Assembly: GCA_019237595.1 (NCBI GenBank)
Contig: JAFAGU010000054.1
Location: 1 to 60,189 of the forward strand
From: Betaproteobacteria bacterium
GTDB lineage: Bacteria; Pseudomonadota; Gammaproteobacteria; Burkholderiales; SG8-39
DNA: 60,189 nucleotides
Direction: 5' to 3'
Made by a program: the position numbers and the translations under genes. Under the pieces are notes generated by a model. The model was not told the origin of the DNA, searched no databases, and worked only from the letters and a program-made list of their open reading frames with translations. Positions 44,883-53,004 of the stretch are shown piece after piece. Within the stretch, counting starts at the first letter, position 1. Each line of letters starts with the position of its first letter.

Positions 44883-45856
44883 AGATCCTCCTCACGCATT
44901 CGCCCGAGGCGCTCGAGCTCTACTACGGGCCGCGGGCGCTCGCGGGCTTGCGCGCGGTGGGCGAGGTGATCCTGCACAAGGGGCCCCTGCCCCTCGAGGG
45001 CGAAGCGCTCATCGAGGCGGCACGCGAATGCGATCTCATCGTGTCCTACCGGCAATCGCCGGGGCCGGCGGCCGTCTTCGAGCGCCTCCCCCGACTCGTC
45101 GCCTTCCTGCGCTGCGCGATCGACATCCGCAACATCGACGTCGCGGCCGCGAGCAAGGCCGGCGTGCTCGTCACCCAGGCGAGCGCCGGGTTCGTCACCT
45201 CGGTGGCCGAGCAGATCTTCGGATTCATGATCGACCTCGCGCGCGGGCTCACGAAATATTCCTCTCTCTACCACGCGGGGTCCGTTCCCAAGGCCTCCAT
45301 GGGACGAGAGCTCAAGGGCAGCACGATCGGCGTGATCGGCTACGGGCAGATCGGGCGCGAGGTCGTGCGCCTCGCCCGCGCCTTTGGCATGCGGGTGCTC
45401 GTGCACGATCCCTATGTGAAGGATCTCGAGCACGCACCGCTCGACCAGCTCCTCGCGGAGAGCGACTTCGTGGTGCCGCTTGCCGTCGCGACGGCGGAGA
45501 CCGAGAACCTTATCGGCGAAGCGACGCTCACAAAGATGAAGCGCGGCGCGTATCTCGTGAACCTCTCGCGCGGCAACCTGGTGGATGAAGCGGCGCTCGA
45601 GAAGGCGCTCGACTCGGGGCGGCTCGCGGGCTGTGCCATTGACGTCGGGCGGGCGCCCGACCAGATGCCCACGCCGCGCCTCGCCGCCCGGCCGGACGTG
45701 CTCGCCACGCCGCACTCCGCGGGACTCACGCGCCCGGCGATCGAGCACCAGTCCATGGAAACCGTCGCGCAGGCGGCGGAAATCGCCAAGGGCCGCGCGC
45801 CGAAGGGCGCAGTGAACGCGGCAAACTGGAAAAGGAAGGAGCTGCTCGCGAAATGA
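44879..45856 (+). CDS. D-isomer-specific 2-hydroxyacid dehydrogenase family protein
   Basis: TTG start overlaps the regulator stop (TTGA). NAD motif GVIGYGQIGREV, with catalytic-region blocks NLSRG and TPHSAG. Confidence 0.8.
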   Translation: MKILLTHSPEALELYYGPRALAGLRAVGEVILHKGPLPLEGEALIEAARECDLIVSYRQSPGPAAVFERLPRLVAFLRCAIDIRNIDVAAASKAGVLVTQASAGFVTSVAEQIFGFMIDLARGLTKYSSLYHAGSVPKASMGRELKGSTIGVIGYGQIGREVVRLARAFGMRVLVHDPYVKDLEHAPLDQLLAESDFVVPLAVATAETENLIGEATLTKMKRGAYLVNLSRGNLVDEAALEKALDSGRLAGCAIDVGRAPDQMPTPRLAARPDVLATPHSAGLTRPAIEHQSMETVAQAAEIAKGRAPKGAVNAANWKRKELLAK

Positions 45857-46692
45857 AGACCGTCCTCATCACCGGCGCCACGGGAGACGTGGGCTCGCAC
45901 CTGCGGCGGGAGCTCGCCGGGAAATACCAGCTCCGCCTTTCGGACCGGCGGCCGATCAAGGCTGCGTCCAAGGGAGAGAAGTTCATCAAGGCCGATGTCT
46001 CCAGGATGGCCGATGCCCTGAAGATCACCAAGGGCGTGGACGCGATCGTGCACCTCGGCGGCTACTCCGTCGAAGGCCCGTGGGAGGCGATCTTGCAGGC
46101 GAACATCGTCGGCTGCTACAACATCTTCGAGGCCGCGCGGCGAAACGGCGTGAAGCGCATCATCTTTCCGACGAGCAACCACGCGGTCGGCTTCTACCGC
46201 CGCGACCAGACCATCGACCATCGCGTGTATCCCAGGCCCGACAGCCGCTACGGCGTCTCCAAGGTATTCGGCGAGGCGCTCGGGAGCCTCTACGCCGACA
46301 AGTACGGCATGGAGATGTTCATGATCCGGATCGGCAACGTGAACCCCAAGCCGATCGACAAGCGCCGGCTTTCGATCTGGTTCAGCCCGAGGGACCTCGC
46401 GCAGCTCGTCTCGCTCGGCATCGAAAAGCCGGGCATCAAGTTCGAGATCGTCTACGGCGTGTCCGGGAACAAGCGCAGCTGGTACGACAATTCGAACGCG
46501 TATCGCCTGGGCTACACGCCGCAGGACGACGCGGAAGCCTGGGCCGAGGAAGTGCTGAAGAACGAGAAGCCCGGCAACCCGATCGCCGAGCTCTACCAGG
46601 GCGGCATTTTCTGCGCCGTCGAAGAGGTGCAGAATCCGGCTGCGCCGGCGAAGGCCGCGGCGAAAAAAGCGAGGAGGAAGAAAGGCAAATGA
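45853..46692 (+). CDS. udh: uronate dehydrogenase (NAD-dependent epimerase/dehydratase fold) with Lys/Ala-rich C-terminal tail
   Basis: ITGATGDVG, HLGGYSVEGPWEAILQANI, SSNH-type TSNHAVGFY, YGVSK, IRIGN and SIWFSP are collinear with characterised Agrobacterium/Pseudomonas Udh. The extra tail is AAPAKAAAKKARRKKGK. Confidence 0.8.
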   Translation: MKTVLITGATGDVGSHLRRELAGKYQLRLSDRRPIKAASKGEKFIKADVSRMADALKITKGVDAIVHLGGYSVEGPWEAILQANIVGCYNIFEAARRNGVKRIIFPTSNHAVGFYRRDQTIDHRVYPRPDSRYGVSKVFGEALGSLYADKYGMEMFMIRIGNVNPKPIDKRRLSIWFSPRDLAQLVSLGIEKPGIKFEIVYGVSGNKRSWYDNSNAYRLGYTPQDDAEAWAEEVLKNEKPGNPIAELYQGGIFCAVEEVQNPAAPAKAAAKKARRKKGK

Positions 46693-47522
46693 AGAAGCCG
46701 AGAGTCGTCGCGCCCGCGGGCGCGACCGACACGCACATGCATTTCTACATCGAGGGCACCGGGACGCAGGCGCCGGGGACTTTCCTCCCCGGGCACTTCC
46801 CGGTCGAGGACTACCAGGCGATGCAGAAGCGCCTGGGGCTCGAGCGCGTGGTCGTGGTGCAGCCGAACGCCTACGCCGACAACAACACCGTGACGCTCGA
46901 GTGCGTGGGCAAGATCGGCTTGAAAAAGGCGCGGGGTGTCGCGGTGGTGAAGCGGGGCGTCGCCGATGCCGAGCTCGACCGCCTGACGAAGGGCGGCATG
47001 TGCGCGATCCGCATCATGACGCTGCACGGCGGGACGCTGGGCTTCGACGTGATGGACGAGCTGATGGCGCGCGTGCATCCGTTCGGCTGGCACGCGAACA
47101 TCCAGCTCGACGGAAGGGAGCTGCCGAAATACGAGGCGCAGATCAAGCGGCTGCCCGGCCGGTTCGTCATCGACCACACCGCCAAGTTCCTCGAGCCGGT
47201 ATCCACCGACCACGAGTCCTTCAAGTGCCTGCTTCGCCTCGTCGACACCGGGCGCTGCTGGGTCAAGCTCTCGGCGCCCTACGAGACCTCGAAGACCGGC
47301 GCGCCGAAGTACGAGGACGTGTCGCGCCTTGCGCGCGCGCTCGTGAAGCACGCGCCCGAGCGCATGATGTGGGCGTCCAACTGGCCGCATCCGTCTGCGC
47401 GCAAGCCGCAGCCGCCCGACGACGCCGATCTCCTCGATCTCCTCCTCGATTGGGCGCCGGAGGAGCGCACGCGCAACCGGATCCTCGCCGACAATCCCGC
47501 CGAGCTCTACGGTTTCAAGTAG
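46689..47522 (+). CDS. amidohydrolase-2 family protein (LigI / galactaro-lactone isomerase-like)
   Basis: ATGA overlap with udh. DTHMHF, VIDH and WASNWPHP motifs match metal-independent LigI-type lactonases/isomerases. Confidence 0.7.
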   Translation: MKKPRVVAPAGATDTHMHFYIEGTGTQAPGTFLPGHFPVEDYQAMQKRLGLERVVVVQPNAYADNNTVTLECVGKIGLKKARGVAVVKRGVADAELDRLTKGGMCAIRIMTLHGGTLGFDVMDELMARVHPFGWHANIQLDGRELPKYEAQIKRLPGRFVIDHTAKFLEPVSTDHESFKCLLRLVDTGRCWVKLSAPYETSKTGAPKYEDVSRLARALVKHAPERMMWASNWPHPSARKPQPPDDADLLDLLLDWAPEERTRNRILADNPAELYGFK

Positions 47523-47528
47523 CCCGGG

Positions 47529-48524
47529 ATGACCCGCGTCGGCATCGTGGGGCTCGGCATGGCGGTCGGGCCCCACGCGAAAAGCCTCGTCGACCTGAAG
47601 GACCGGGTCGAGGTCGCGTACGCGTTCAGCCCGAGCGCCGAGCGCCGCGCTGCCTTCTCGGCGAAATTCCCGTTCCCGACCTGCGAGCGCTTCTCGGCGA
47701 TCCTGCAGGACCGGTCCGTCGACGCGGTGCTGCTGCTCACGCCGCCCAACACGCACCTCGAGATCGTCGAGCGCTGCGCCGACGCCGGCAAGCACGTGCT
47801 GCTCGAGAAGCCGCTGGAGGTCTCGACCGCGAAGGCGGAAAAGCTCGTGCGCGTCATGCGCGAGGCGAAGCGAAAGCTCGGCATCGTGCTCCAGCATCGC
47901 TTCCGGCCGGCGGTGGAGAAGCTCGATGCGCTCGTCAAGGCGGGGGAGCTCGGCACGCTCGTATCGGCCTCGGCGCTCGTTCCGGTATGGCGGCCGCAGA
48001 AGGGCTACTACGACCAGCCGGGACGAGGAACGCGCGCGCGGGACGGCGGCGGGGTGCTCCTTACGCAGGGCATCCACACGCTGGACGTCTACCTCTCGCT
48101 CGCCGGAGAGCCGGCCGCCGCAAAGAGCTTCTGGACGACCACGGCCGTGCATGAGATGGAAACCGAGGACCTCGTCGCCGCCGCGGTGAAATTCAAGAGC
48201 GGCGCGCTCGGCGTCGTCCACGCCACGACCGCGGCTTACCCCGGGTTTGCCGAGCGCATCGAGCTCCTCGGCACCCAGGGCACTGCGGTTCTCGAGGGCA
48301 CGGCGATGAAGGCGTTCCTGCACGACGGCAGGTCGCTCGAGCTGAAGACCGAGTCGGGCGGTGGCGGAACCGGCGCGGACCCGATGGCCTTCCCCCACGA
48401 CTGGCACCGCGGCGTCCTCGCGGACTTCCTCGACGCGATCGAAAAGGACCGCGAGCCTCGGGTGAGCGGCGAGGAAGCGCTCAAGGTCCACCGCTTCATC
48501 GACAGCCTGCTGCGAACTCCCTGA
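47529..48524 (+). CDS. Gfo/Idh/MocA-family oxidoreductase
   Basis: VGIVGLGMAVGPH Rossmann start and an LEKP motif; 331 aa. Confidence 0.85.
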   Translation: MTRVGIVGLGMAVGPHAKSLVDLKDRVEVAYAFSPSAERRAAFSAKFPFPTCERFSAILQDRSVDAVLLLTPPNTHLEIVERCADAGKHVLLEKPLEVSTAKAEKLVRVMREAKRKLGIVLQHRFRPAVEKLDALVKAGELGTLVSASALVPVWRPQKGYYDQPGRGTRARDGGGVLLTQGIHTLDVYLSLAGEPAAAKSFWTTTAVHEMETEDLVAAAVKFKSGALGVVHATTAAYPGFAERIELLGTQGTAVLEGTAMKAFLHDGRSLELKTESGGGGTGADPMAFPHDWHRGVLADFLDAIEKDREPRVSGEEALKVHRFIDSLLRTP

Positions 48525-49284
48525 TGAGGGTGTTGACCCGCTCGGGCGCGTCGAGCTGCGTGAAGTGGCCTACGCCCGGGATGACCTCGACAGGCAGCCG
48601 GCCGAGCTTCTTGCGCAGGAGCTTGAGCCACGGCGAAGTTTCGCCGGGCTTCAGCGACGTGCGCCGCAGCGTCGTCGGATCGCGCGTCGTGCTCTGGATG
48701 GCGAGCACGGGCGAGCGCACGGCATCAAGCGCCGCTTCCAGCTTCCCGGCATCCCAGGCCGCGCTCCTCGGCCAGAGCGCGGCGCCCACGTCCGGTGCCC
48801 GGGCGTCGACGCGGGCGAGGATTTCCTTCGCACGGACGGATCCGGGAACGAACATCTCGCCGAAGAGCGTCGCGGCGAACGCCGCGTAGCCGTCGCGCTC
48901 GATTGCCGCGCGCGCGGCCGCCGCCGCGGCTTCCGGATCGCCTGAAGCGAAGCGGCTGCCGTCGACGAGCACGATTCCTGCGACGCCCTCCGGCATGAGC
49001 CTCGCCGCCTCGAGGACGACGCGGCATCCCATGCTGTGTCCCACGAGCACGACCCCGCGGAGCCCGAGATTCGTCGCGAGCGCCGCTACGTCCCCGCCGA
49101 AGGTCTCGATCGTGCATTCCTCGGGCCGCCCGGGCGTGCGGCCATGGCCGCGCAGGTCGCAGGCGACGATCTCGTGCGTGGCGCGGAAGTGCTCGAGCTG
49201 CGGCGCCCAGTCGCCGTGCTCGCAGCAGTAGCCGTGGACGAAGAAGAGGGGCGGCGCGCCGCGCCCTTCGTGGAGATAGTGCAC
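48496..49284 (-). CDS. alpha/beta-fold hydrolase
   Basis: GTG at 49284, 2 nt after the EF-G-2 stop. It has the oxyanion block FFVHG, the nucleophile elbow GHSMG, and C-terminal GVGHF (His). The upstream part of the 828-aa track ORF is an artefact. Confidence 0.8.
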   Translation of the reverse strand: MHYLHEGRGAPPLFFVHGYCCEHGDWAPQLEHFRATHEIVACDLRGHGRTPGRPEECTIETFGGDVAALATNLGLRGVVLVGHSMGCRVVLEAARLMPEGVAGIVLVDGSRFASGDPEAAAAAARAAIERDGYAAFAATLFGEMFVPGSVRAKEILARVDARAPDVGAALWPRSAAWDAGKLEAALDAVRSPVLAIQSTTRDPTTLRRTSLKPGETSPWLKLLRKKLGRLPVEVIPGVGHFTQLDAPERVNTLIREFAAGCR

Positions 49285-49286
49285 GC

Positions 49287-51338
49287 CTAGTCTTCGACAT
49301 GCGCGGCCGGCTTGTGCGCGGCGACGAGCCTCTGCTGCAGCTGCGGCGGCGTCGGCTCGTAGTGGCTGAACTCGAGGCTGTAGGACCCGTGCCCGGCCGT
49401 CAGCGACTTCAGGCGCGCGGGAAAGTGCTCCATCTCGGAGAGCGGTGCCTGGGCGGTGATCTGCACGAGGCCGGGCCGCGGCGCATCGGAGCCTTTGATG
49501 TGCGCGCGATGGCCCGACAGCTCGCCGGCGATGTCGCCCATCTTCTCCTCGGGCGCCGTGATCTCGACGTTGACGATCGGCTCGAGCACTACTGGCCGCG
49601 CCTTCGCTAGCGCGTCGAGGAAGGCCTTGCGCCCGGCAGACATGAAGGCGACGTCCTTCGAATCCACCGGGTGGCTTTTGCCGTCGTACACGGTGACGCG
49701 CACGTCCTGGATCGGGAAGCCGGCGACGAAGCCGGTCTCGAGGACACTGCGCACGCCTTTTTCCACCGAGGGGATGAACTGGTTCGGGATCGCGCCGCCC
49801 TTCACCGAATCGACGAACTCGAAGCCCTTGCCGCGAGGCAGGGGCTCCACCTTGAGGAAGACTTCGCCGAACTGTCCGGCGCCGCCGGTCTGCTTCTTGT
49901 GGCGGTTGTGGCCCTCGGCCCGCGAGGCGATCGTCTCGCGGAAGGGGATCGCCGGCGGGCGCGTGTCGAGCTCGAGCTTGTATTGCGTCGAAATCTTCTC
50001 GAGCACGGTCTTCAGGTGCATCTCGCCCAGGCCGCGCAGGACCGTCTCGTTCGCCTGCGCGTTGTGCTCGAGCCTGAAGCAAGGGTCTTCGGCGAGGAGG
50101 CGGTGCAGGACATCCGAGACCTTCTGCTCGTCGCCGCGCTTCTTCGGCTGGACCGCGAGGCCGAACACCGACGCCGGCAGCTCGAGCGGCCGCGCGTGCA
50201 CGTGCGCATCCGATGGCGAGTCGTGCAGGATGTGGTCGAACTGGATCTCGTCGACCTTCGCAATCGCGCAGATGTCGCCCGGGAGCGCCTCGCCCACCTC
50301 GACCTGCTGCTTGCCGCGCAGGAGATAGAGGTGCCCGGGCTTCACCGGCTTGCGTCCCTCGCCGATGTAGAGCTGCGTGCCGGGCGTAAGGCGACCCTGG
50401 TGCACGCGGAAGATCGCGAGCCGGCCGACATAGGGATCGATCTCGACCTTGAAGACGTGGGCGAGCACGTGCCGGCCCGGGTCCGGGATGGGCTGCAGCT
50501 CGGTGGCCGCGCCGCCGCCTGCCGGCGTGGTGATGTATGAAGGCGGATTTCCCTCGGTCGGGTTCGGCAGCAGCTCTACGATGACGCGCAGGAGCTCGTC
50601 CACGCCGGCGCCGGTCTTGGCGGAGGTGAAGACCACCGGCACGAGGTGTCCTTCGCGCAACGCGCGCTCGAGCGGCTCGTGGAGCTCCCCAGGGCTCACT
50701 TCGCCCTTCTCGAGGTAGGCCGCCATCAGCTTTTCGTCCACTTCGACGACCTGGTCGACGAGCCGGCGATGCGCTTCCTCGACCGAGGAGAAATCCGCCT
50801 CGCCCGAGGGCGCGAAGAAGCAGTCCGAGACGCGCGTGCGGCCGCCGGCGGGCAGGTTGAGCGGCAGGCACTCGCGTCCGAAGGCCGACTGGATGTCGGC
50901 GAGCAGCCGCTCCGGGTCGGCGCCCTCTCGGTCGATGCCGTTCACGATCACGAGCCGGTCGAGCCCGCGCTTCGCCGCCCACTGCATGAAGCGGCCGGTC
51001 ATCATCTCGATGCCGTTCTGCGCGTTGATCACGATCGCCGCGGTTTCCACGGCGGCGAGCGCGGGAAGCGAATGGCCGAGGAAATCCGGATAGCCGGGCG
51101 TATCGAGCAGGTGGATGCGATGGTCCTCGAAATCGAAGCTAGCGACGGCGAGCTTCAGCGAGTGATGCAGCTGCTTCTCGATCGGCGTGTAGTCGCAGAC
51201 GGTGGAGCCTCGCTCGATGCTTCCGGCTGCCGGCACGGCGCCCGAGCGCGCCAGGAGCGCTTCGGCGAGGCTCGTCTTGCCGCTACCCGCCTGGCCAACG
51301 AGGGCAAGCGTCCGGATCCGCTTGATGGAATGGGGCAC
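49287..51338 (-). CDS. elongation factor G paralog (EF-G-2 / EFG-II subfamily)
   Basis: 683 aa with a GTG start. G1 is GQAGSGKTS and G3 is DTPGYPDF. Domains II-V are collinear with Thermus EF-G-2 (TDYTPxE, KKQTGGAGQFG, LEFSHYEP). G4 reads NGID instead of NKxD. Confidence 0.85.
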   Translation of the reverse strand: MPHSIKRIRTLALVGQAGSGKTSLAEALLARSGAVPAAGSIERGSTVCDYTPIEKQLHHSLKLAVASFDFEDHRIHLLDTPGYPDFLGHSLPALAAVETAAIVINAQNGIEMMTGRFMQWAAKRGLDRLVIVNGIDREGADPERLLADIQSAFGRECLPLNLPAGGRTRVSDCFFAPSGEADFSSVEEAHRRLVDQVVEVDEKLMAAYLEKGEVSPGELHEPLERALREGHLVPVVFTSAKTGAGVDELLRVIVELLPNPTEGNPPSYITTPAGGGAATELQPIPDPGRHVLAHVFKVEIDPYVGRLAIFRVHQGRLTPGTQLYIGEGRKPVKPGHLYLLRGKQQVEVGEALPGDICAIAKVDEIQFDHILHDSPSDAHVHARPLELPASVFGLAVQPKKRGDEQKVSDVLHRLLAEDPCFRLEHNAQANETVLRGLGEMHLKTVLEKISTQYKLELDTRPPAIPFRETIASRAEGHNRHKKQTGGAGQFGEVFLKVEPLPRGKGFEFVDSVKGGAIPNQFIPSVEKGVRSVLETGFVAGFPIQDVRVTVYDGKSHPVDSKDVAFMSAGRKAFLDALAKARPVVLEPIVNVEITAPEEKMGDIAGELSGHRAHIKGSDAPRPGLVQITAQAPLSEMEHFPARLKSLTAGHGSYSLEFSHYEPTPPQLQQRLVAAHKPAAHVED

Positions 51339-51347
51339 GGCGTTCCT

Positions 51348-51372
51348 CCTCGCGGCAGAGTGTCCCGCGAGG
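51348..51372 (-). promoter_or_regulatory. hairpin overlapping the Shine-Dalgarno of the EF-G-2 gene
   Basis: The minus strand reads CCTCGCGG-GACACTCTG-CCGCGAGGAGGAACGCC-GTG. An 8-bp stem has a 3' arm that contributes GAGG to the GAGGAGGAA SD. Confidence 0.4.
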
Positions 51373-51428
51373 CCGAGCTTATTTCAAGGGCGCCGGCGCG
51401 TGCTATCGCCGATGCCGCGGGCCGCGCC

Positions 51429-51851
51429 TTAGTGCGGGCAGGGCGGCAGCGGAGCGGGCGGGCAATTCGGGCCCCGTGGGGCGGCCGCCGCAGCCGCCTG
51501 GTTCTGCTGCAGCTGCTGCTGGTTCTGCGCCGCGGATTTCGCGCCCGAGGCGCCTACCAGGAGTGCGCCCGCGCCGGCGACGGCCCCGACCACGAGGATC
51601 TTCGACTCGATGAAGCCCATGTCGACGAACCGGCTGAAGGCTTGCGAGTCGACGCTGAAGGACTGGTAGTCGCGCCGGCCGCGCAGCGCGAAGCCCCATA
51701 CGGGCTGCTGCTCCTTCGATGTCTCGCCGTCGAGCGGGATGCGCAGGAAGATGAACGTCTCGGTCGCCGGCAGGTCGCGGAAATCGCCCCCGCTCGCCTG
51801 GAGCGGCAGCCATGCGAGCGCGCACAGCGCCGCGAGGATACAGGACTTCAT
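51429..51851 (-). CDS. small exported protein with Gly-zipper TM segment, Gln-rich tract and C-terminal CPPAPLPPCPH
   Basis: AAGGAG RBS. Signal peptide MKSCILAALCALAWLPLQASG. Hydrophobic Gly/Ala segment ILVVGAVAGAGALLVGASGA, then QNQQQLQQNQAAAAAA. G/C third-position bias supports coding. Confidence 0.6.
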   Translation of the reverse strand: MKSCILAALCALAWLPLQASGGDFRDLPATETFIFLRIPLDGETSKEQQPVWGFALRGRRDYQSFSVDSQAFSRFVDMGFIESKILVVGAVAGAGALLVGASGAKSAAQNQQQLQQNQAAAAAAPRGPNCPPAPLPPCPH

Positions 51852-51947
51852 GAGGGCTCCTTCGATGCGGAAAGGAGCGTAAGGCGGGCTCGCCTACACG
51901 AGCTACCGCGAGAACTTCGTCACGCTTGGCCCGCGCGGCCGGTTTTC

Positions 51948-52991
51948 CTATTTCTTCGTGTCTTCTTTCTTCGCGAGCATCTCCGCTCGCGGCTTGAGCG
52001 TGTCCTCGAGCCTGGACTTCGGCACGAGCAGGACGTGCTCGGCGAGGATCTTGTCGCGCGGCGCGCCGGATGACGAAGAGACGGAGAGATAGTAGTTCTC
52101 CCCGACCAGCTTGCCGACCCTCAAGGTATAGGAGACGCCCGCAAGGGTAGTCGCCTCGACGATCGTCGGCCGATCGAGCCCGCTCGCCTGCAGGTCGTTT
52201 TTCGCCTCGGTCGGCGCGACGTCGGCAAGCTCGAGCTGGCCGAGCACGTAGGAGGCGGCGTTTGCGCGAGTGATCTCGAGCTTTTCGGCCGGCTTGGCGC
52301 CGACGAGCTTCCAGTCGGCGTTGTCGCCGCTGCGCTCGACCTTCCATCCGCTGCCGTCCGGGAACCGGACCGCGAGCGTCCCGACCTTCTCGATCTTGAG
52401 CACGTTGCGATCGATCCAGTCGGCGCTGCGCGGGCTCGCCTGCACGAGCGGGTCGGCGACGATGAGGACCGTGCCGGGCTCGTCCGGCCGCTGCACGAAG
52501 CGTCCGTCCGCGGGCGCGCGCTCCGCGTTCTCCGGCTCGCGGCTGAAGTATTTCTTGCCGACGATGAGGCGCGCGAGCGGCTTGGCGTCCGCGCTCCGGA
52601 ACTCCACCAGCGTGCCGGCGCCTTCCGCGCCCTTCGCGGGATCCTGGACCTGCAGGCGCGAGCGGTCCTTCTCGCCGATCGGCTCGCTCGTGCCGACCTT
52701 GAGGTCGATCGCCTTCAGGACGAAGTCGCGCACCTTTGCGACATCGGCCGGAAAGCCGCCGCGTTCGGCGAGCGCCCAGCCGTCCTCCTTGCGCTCGAGC
52801 GTGAGCGCGCTTTTCGGGTCGGCGATGCGGATGGACGCGACCTCCGCCGCCTTCAGGTCCTTGAAGACCTTCTGGCCGAGCACCGCGGCGTTCGCGGGCC
52901 GCTCAGCCGCTTCCTGTCTCTGCAGGAGGAGCGCTCCGCCGCCGAGGGCGACGAGGAGCACGACGAGGATGGCGAGGGCCCGTGCGCTCAT
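51948..52991 (-). CDS. DUF4340-domain protein (accessory of GldG-type ABC systems)
   Basis: ATG at 52991, with an N-terminal anchor MSARALAILVVLLVALGGGALLL. Repeated beta-rich modules (LERKEDGWAL, WKVERSGDNADWKL) are typical of DUF4340. Confidence 0.7.
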   Translation of the reverse strand: MSARALAILVVLLVALGGGALLLQRQEAAERPANAAVLGQKVFKDLKAAEVASIRIADPKSALTLERKEDGWALAERGGFPADVAKVRDFVLKAIDLKVGTSEPIGEKDRSRLQVQDPAKGAEGAGTLVEFRSADAKPLARLIVGKKYFSREPENAERAPADGRFVQRPDEPGTVLIVADPLVQASPRSADWIDRNVLKIEKVGTLAVRFPDGSGWKVERSGDNADWKLVGAKPAEKLEITRANAASYVLGQLELADVAPTEAKNDLQASGLDRPTIVEATTLAGVSYTLRVGKLVGENYYLSVSSSSGAPRDKILAEHVLLVPKSRLEDTLKPRAEMLAKKEDTKK

Positions 52992-53004
52992 CTTTCCCCT
53001 GCGC

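Noticed and set aside
48496-50982. An 828-aa track ORF that would fuse the alpha/beta hydrolase to a long N-terminal extension.
   Set aside because: The extension is out of frame with, and fully overlaps, the EF-G-2 gene, and it is Arg/Pro/Ala junk. Only the last 262 codons, from GTG 49284, show hydrolase motifs.
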